Shown piece after piece: positions 18,548 through 20,720 of a DNA stretch of 20,720 nt. The stretch's first letter is position 1. The number at the start of each line of letters is the position of its first letter. This DNA is from Bdellovibrionota bacterium (GTDB lineage Bacteria > Bdellovibrionota_C > UBA2361 > JBGSMV01), in contig JBIKWF010000078.1 in assembly GCA_044356455.1 (NCBI GenBank), forward strand, positions 1 to 20,720, read 5' to 3'. Both the position numbers and the translations under genes were made by a program. The notes under the pieces were generated by a model, which was given only the letters and a program-made list of their open reading frames with translations, ran no database searches and had not been told where the DNA came from.

Positions 18548-18919
18548 CTAAATCGAATCGGACAGGTATTCATCGTTTGCGACCCAACGTGGGGTGCTAA
18601 TTACACAAAGTCGATTCTTTTCCGAAGACTGCGTGATCTGATGATGAATACCCTTCGTAATAAAGCATAGCTCATTGGCCTGCAATTGACGCTCCTCTCG
18701 TCTTCCACTTGAGGGATCGAACGTCTTAAGAGTCACCACACCATCGAGTACCAAATAAATTTCATCAAGCGTTTTATGAAAGTGTGCTTTGGTAGGATGG
18801 ATATCAATCGCTACTGCGAGATCAAGTGTCGGATGTTCTCCGCCGGACAAAATTTCTCGAATCTGACCGCAGGTGTCAGTTTCAATAATCTTATGGTCCT
18901 TATTCAGTTTAACTTTCAC
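18548..18919 (-). CDS. Cupin domain protein
   Basis: AHFHKTLDEIYLVLDG and ITKGIHHQI metal-binding cupin motifs; CGQIREI N-terminus. Confidence 0.88.
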   Translation of the reverse strand: MKVKLNKDHKIIETDTCGQIREILSGGEHPTLDLAVAIDIHPTKAHFHKTLDEIYLVLDGVVTLKTFDPSSGRREERQLQANELCFITKGIHHQITQSSEKNRLCVISTPRWVANDEYLSDSI

Positions 18920-18934
18920 AAAATATCACGGGCG

Positions 18935-18987
18935 TAATAACGGCATAAAGCCAGCGGCCGAAGGTCCGTTGGGCATGATTGTTATTT
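18935..18987 (-). mobile_element. attC site 3 (53 bp), ending the ORF6N cassette
   Basis: Minus strand: R'' AAATAAC, left arm GCC[C]AACGG[A]C, short loop, right arm GCCGCTGGC, R' GTTATTA. Extra C and A are in the left arm. Confidence 0.75.
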
Positions 18988-19146
18988 CCTGAACATACGC
19001 CCACCAATAAAGTAAGCAACTTTTGAAAGAATTCTCCGAATAGTCTTGGGCACTTTGTTAGACACGAGGCGAGAGAAACGACATTTGGAAGAGACGACGG
19101 AGCCGGGCTTGTTGATTTAGCAACACTTAAGGAAGCAATACTAATA

Positions 19147-19632
19147 GTGAGAGGACGGCGAGTTATTATTGATGCCGACTTAGCCGCTCTCTACGGAGTT
19201 AAGACAAAGCGACTCAAGGAGCAAGTAAAAAGAAACATCGAGAGGTTTCCCCATGATTTCATGTTTGAGATGACCTCGAAAGAAGTCGAAAAGGTGGTCG
19301 CAGATTGCGACCACCTCAGAAAATTGAAGTTTTCCAGCGTATTACCTCTGGCTTTTACCGAGCATGGCGCAGTAATGGCAGCGAATGTGCTTAGCAGTCG
19401 CCTCGCCATCGAAGCCAGTATCATGGTCGTCCGCGCATTCATTCATGCGCGCGAAATTGTATCAGAGCACTTCGAGCTTAAGCGGCGCCTCGAGATTCTC
19501 GAGATGAAAGTTGCGCGAGGGTTTGAAGATAACGAAGACGAGCTGAATGCAATCCGCCTTGCGTTACAGCAACTTATGATGCCGATTGATATAGCTCCGA
19601 AGAAGCCGATCGGGTTCGGTCGAGGAAAATAA
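19147..19632 (+). CDS. ORF6N domain protein (phage antirepressor-like DNA-binding); 5' end possibly frameshifted
   Basis: RGRRVIIDADLAALYGVKTKRLKEQVKRNIERFPHDFMFEM...PLAFTEHGAVMAANVLSS..AI; C-terminal KPIGF. Confidence 0.9.
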   Translation: MRGRRVIIDADLAALYGVKTKRLKEQVKRNIERFPHDFMFEMTSKEVEKVVADCDHLRKLKFSSVLPLAFTEHGAVMAANVLSSRLAIEASIMVVRAFIHAREIVSEHFELKRRLEILEMKVARGFEDNEDELNAIRLALQQLMMPIDIAPKKPIGFGRGK

Positions 19633-19724
19633 CGGCCGAATTCTGCAGGAATGGGCGCTCGTAATCAGTTCGAATCACCACCAGTACGCGCGCACCCGTT
19701 CTCGGCCGGAATTGTTTGTTATCC
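19627..19724 (-). mobile_element. attC site 2 (98 bp), ending the GNAT cassette
   Basis: Minus strand: R'' GGATAAC containing the GNAT stop, left arm AATTC[C]GGCCG[A]GAACGGGTGC, right arm GCGCCCATTCCTGCAGAATT, R' GTTATTT. Confidence 0.85.
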
Positions 19725-20315
19725 GCCCACCTTTTCGCCGTAGGGGATCTGGGGTGCATCGTCAATGCTATAGAAGCCGGTGAATCGCCAATCCCTAAAT
19801 TCACCTACGCTAGTCTTAAACTTTGTGAATCCAGCATTCTCGTAAAATGCTAAGGCCTTCGGATGATCCATGCCGCAAGTGCTCAGCCACATTCGTTCGA
19901 CTTCAGTGTTCCATGCTAAATGGATGATGTTCTGAAGAAACCTACGCCCTATCCCTTGGTGTAGAAGGCTCGGTATTAATCCGAAGTGAACCAGTTCAAT
20001 ATCTTTCCCATTCGTAGCATCCAACTCTGCCATCCCGACAACTGCGCTTCCTTCATAAAGAAAATACATCCGCGTAGTCGGGGCCTTTAGAATTTGCTCT
20101 ATCTCATCGGTGCTTTGTCCACCTCTGTAGTTCCAAAGATAGTCCCTCCCTACTGCCTTGTAGACGTCGAGGTAAGAGGCGACGTCGATATTGCTGACCC
20201 TCCGAAGTTGGAACGGTTCCAGGTTCGCCGGCTCAGCGCTCGGGCCTGAAGTCATCTCGAGGTAAATAACTTCACTGCGGATAATTGGAACAGTAAGAGC
20301 GTTTGTTTTGTTCAT
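19719..20315 (-). CDS. GNAT N-acetyltransferase carried as an integron cassette; start revised to ATG 20315
   Basis: YLEM, Y..VGRDYLW, VGMAEL, HFGLIP...QGIGR, WLSTCGMDHPKALAFYENAGF. The ORF-track extension to 20435 only reads through attC1. Confidence 0.88.
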   Translation of the reverse strand: MNKTNALTVPIIRSEVIYLEMTSGPSAEPANLEPFQLRRVSNIDVASYLDVYKAVGRDYLWNYRGGQSTDEIEQILKAPTTRMYFLYEGSAVVGMAELDATNGKDIELVHFGLIPSLLHQGIGRRFLQNIIHLAWNTEVERMWLSTCGMDHPKALAFYENAGFTKFKTSVGEFRDWRFTGFYSIDDAPQIPYGEKVGG

Positions 20316-20338
20316 ATCGTGGCCATGTTCCGCTAGGC

Positions 20339-20400
20339 GGATAACGGCTATGAGCACCGGTGCGACCGCAGGGAGCATCCGCTGGCTCAATTTGTTCTCC
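20339..20400 (-). mobile_element. attC site 1 (62 bp), upstream of the GNAT cassette
   Basis: Minus strand: R'' GGAGAAC, left arm TGAGC[C]AGCGG[A]TGC, right arm GCACCGGTGCTCA, R' GTTATCC. Confidence 0.8.
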
Positions 20401-20473
20401 TCCGTGGTTCTAACTTTGGTGTGGTTTCTAAGCAACCTCTCTGCCGATTTGTCGATTAGGGTTAGAAGGGTTA

Positions 20474-20584
20474 GGAGTCTGTCCCGTAGAAAATTCCGAC
20501 CACTACATGTTGTGGTGGCAGCGGGACAGCCTACCTACGGATTGTGTCCAAAATGAAGATCTATGTTTCTACGGGACACACTCC
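20474..20584. mobile_element. MITE-like element, 111 bp
   Basis: Terminal inverted repeats GGAGTCTGTCCCGTAGAAA (20474-20492) and TTTCTACGGGACACACTCC (20566-20584) match at 18 of 19; TA on both sides (20472-73, 20585-86); too short to encode a transposase. Confidence 0.7.
20500..20547. promoter_or_regulatory. Tandem NrdR-box-like sites
   Basis: CCACTACATGTTGTGG (20500-20515) matches all strongly conserved positions of acaCwAtATaTwGtgt; the weaker TACCTACGGATTGTGT (20532-20547) starts 32 bp later. Confidence 0.5.
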
Positions 20585-20720
20585 TAGGTCGCGGAGACAC
20601 GGAGACCGCGGAGTGTTCGCCTGCAAATTTGTAACTTTCTAGGTGTTACCAGGATTTTGTTTGCGAATGTTCAGGATTACTAGCAATTATGCTAAGGCAC
20701 AGAGCTGAGCAAAATCTCGA

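Noticed and set aside
20408..20467. TTCTAAC...GTTAGAA 60-bp segment as an attC
   Set aside because: The ends are complementary but the interior does not pair into L boxes; kept only as a possible attI or relic.
20308..20556. Plus-strand 82-aa ORF and the 40-aa N-terminal extension of the GNAT ORF
   Set aside because: Both read through attC1 (the 82-aa ORF also enters the MITE); likely spurious.
20631..20649. GTAAC-N9-GTTAC palindrome
   Set aside because: Only 5-bp arms; spacing fits neither an integron simple site nor a motif I can name.
1..20720. CRISPR arrays, tRNA or rRNA genes, integrase or transposase genes
   Set aside because: None seen by eye: no regular repeat-spacer pattern and no tyrosine-recombinase or DDE motifs in the ORFs.

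Overview
Bacterial chromosomal window. From 1 to about 18.9 kb it is mostly housekeeping and envelope genes: partial rpsA and cmk; a four-gene type IV minor-pilin/pseudopilin operon behind a sigma54-type promoter; a patatin; a degenerate alpha/beta hydrolase; a Cys-motif protein; an LPG-synthase-type membrane protein; a tandem GNAT plus M23 peptidase; DUF2845; GspN-like; EI24/CysZ-like; DUF2585; alr; a ParB-N/RelA-SpoT-type HD fusion; and a cupin. The right end (about 18.9-20.6 kb) holds structure the ORF track does not show. There is an integron-type cassette array on the minus strand with three attC sites. It carries a GNAT cassette and an inverted ORF6N cassette, and no integrase lies in the window. 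Next to it is a 111-bp MITE-like element (19-bp terminal inverted repeats, TA flanks) containing two NrdR-box-like sequences 32 bp apart. All family calls come from motifs recognised by eye; no searches were run.
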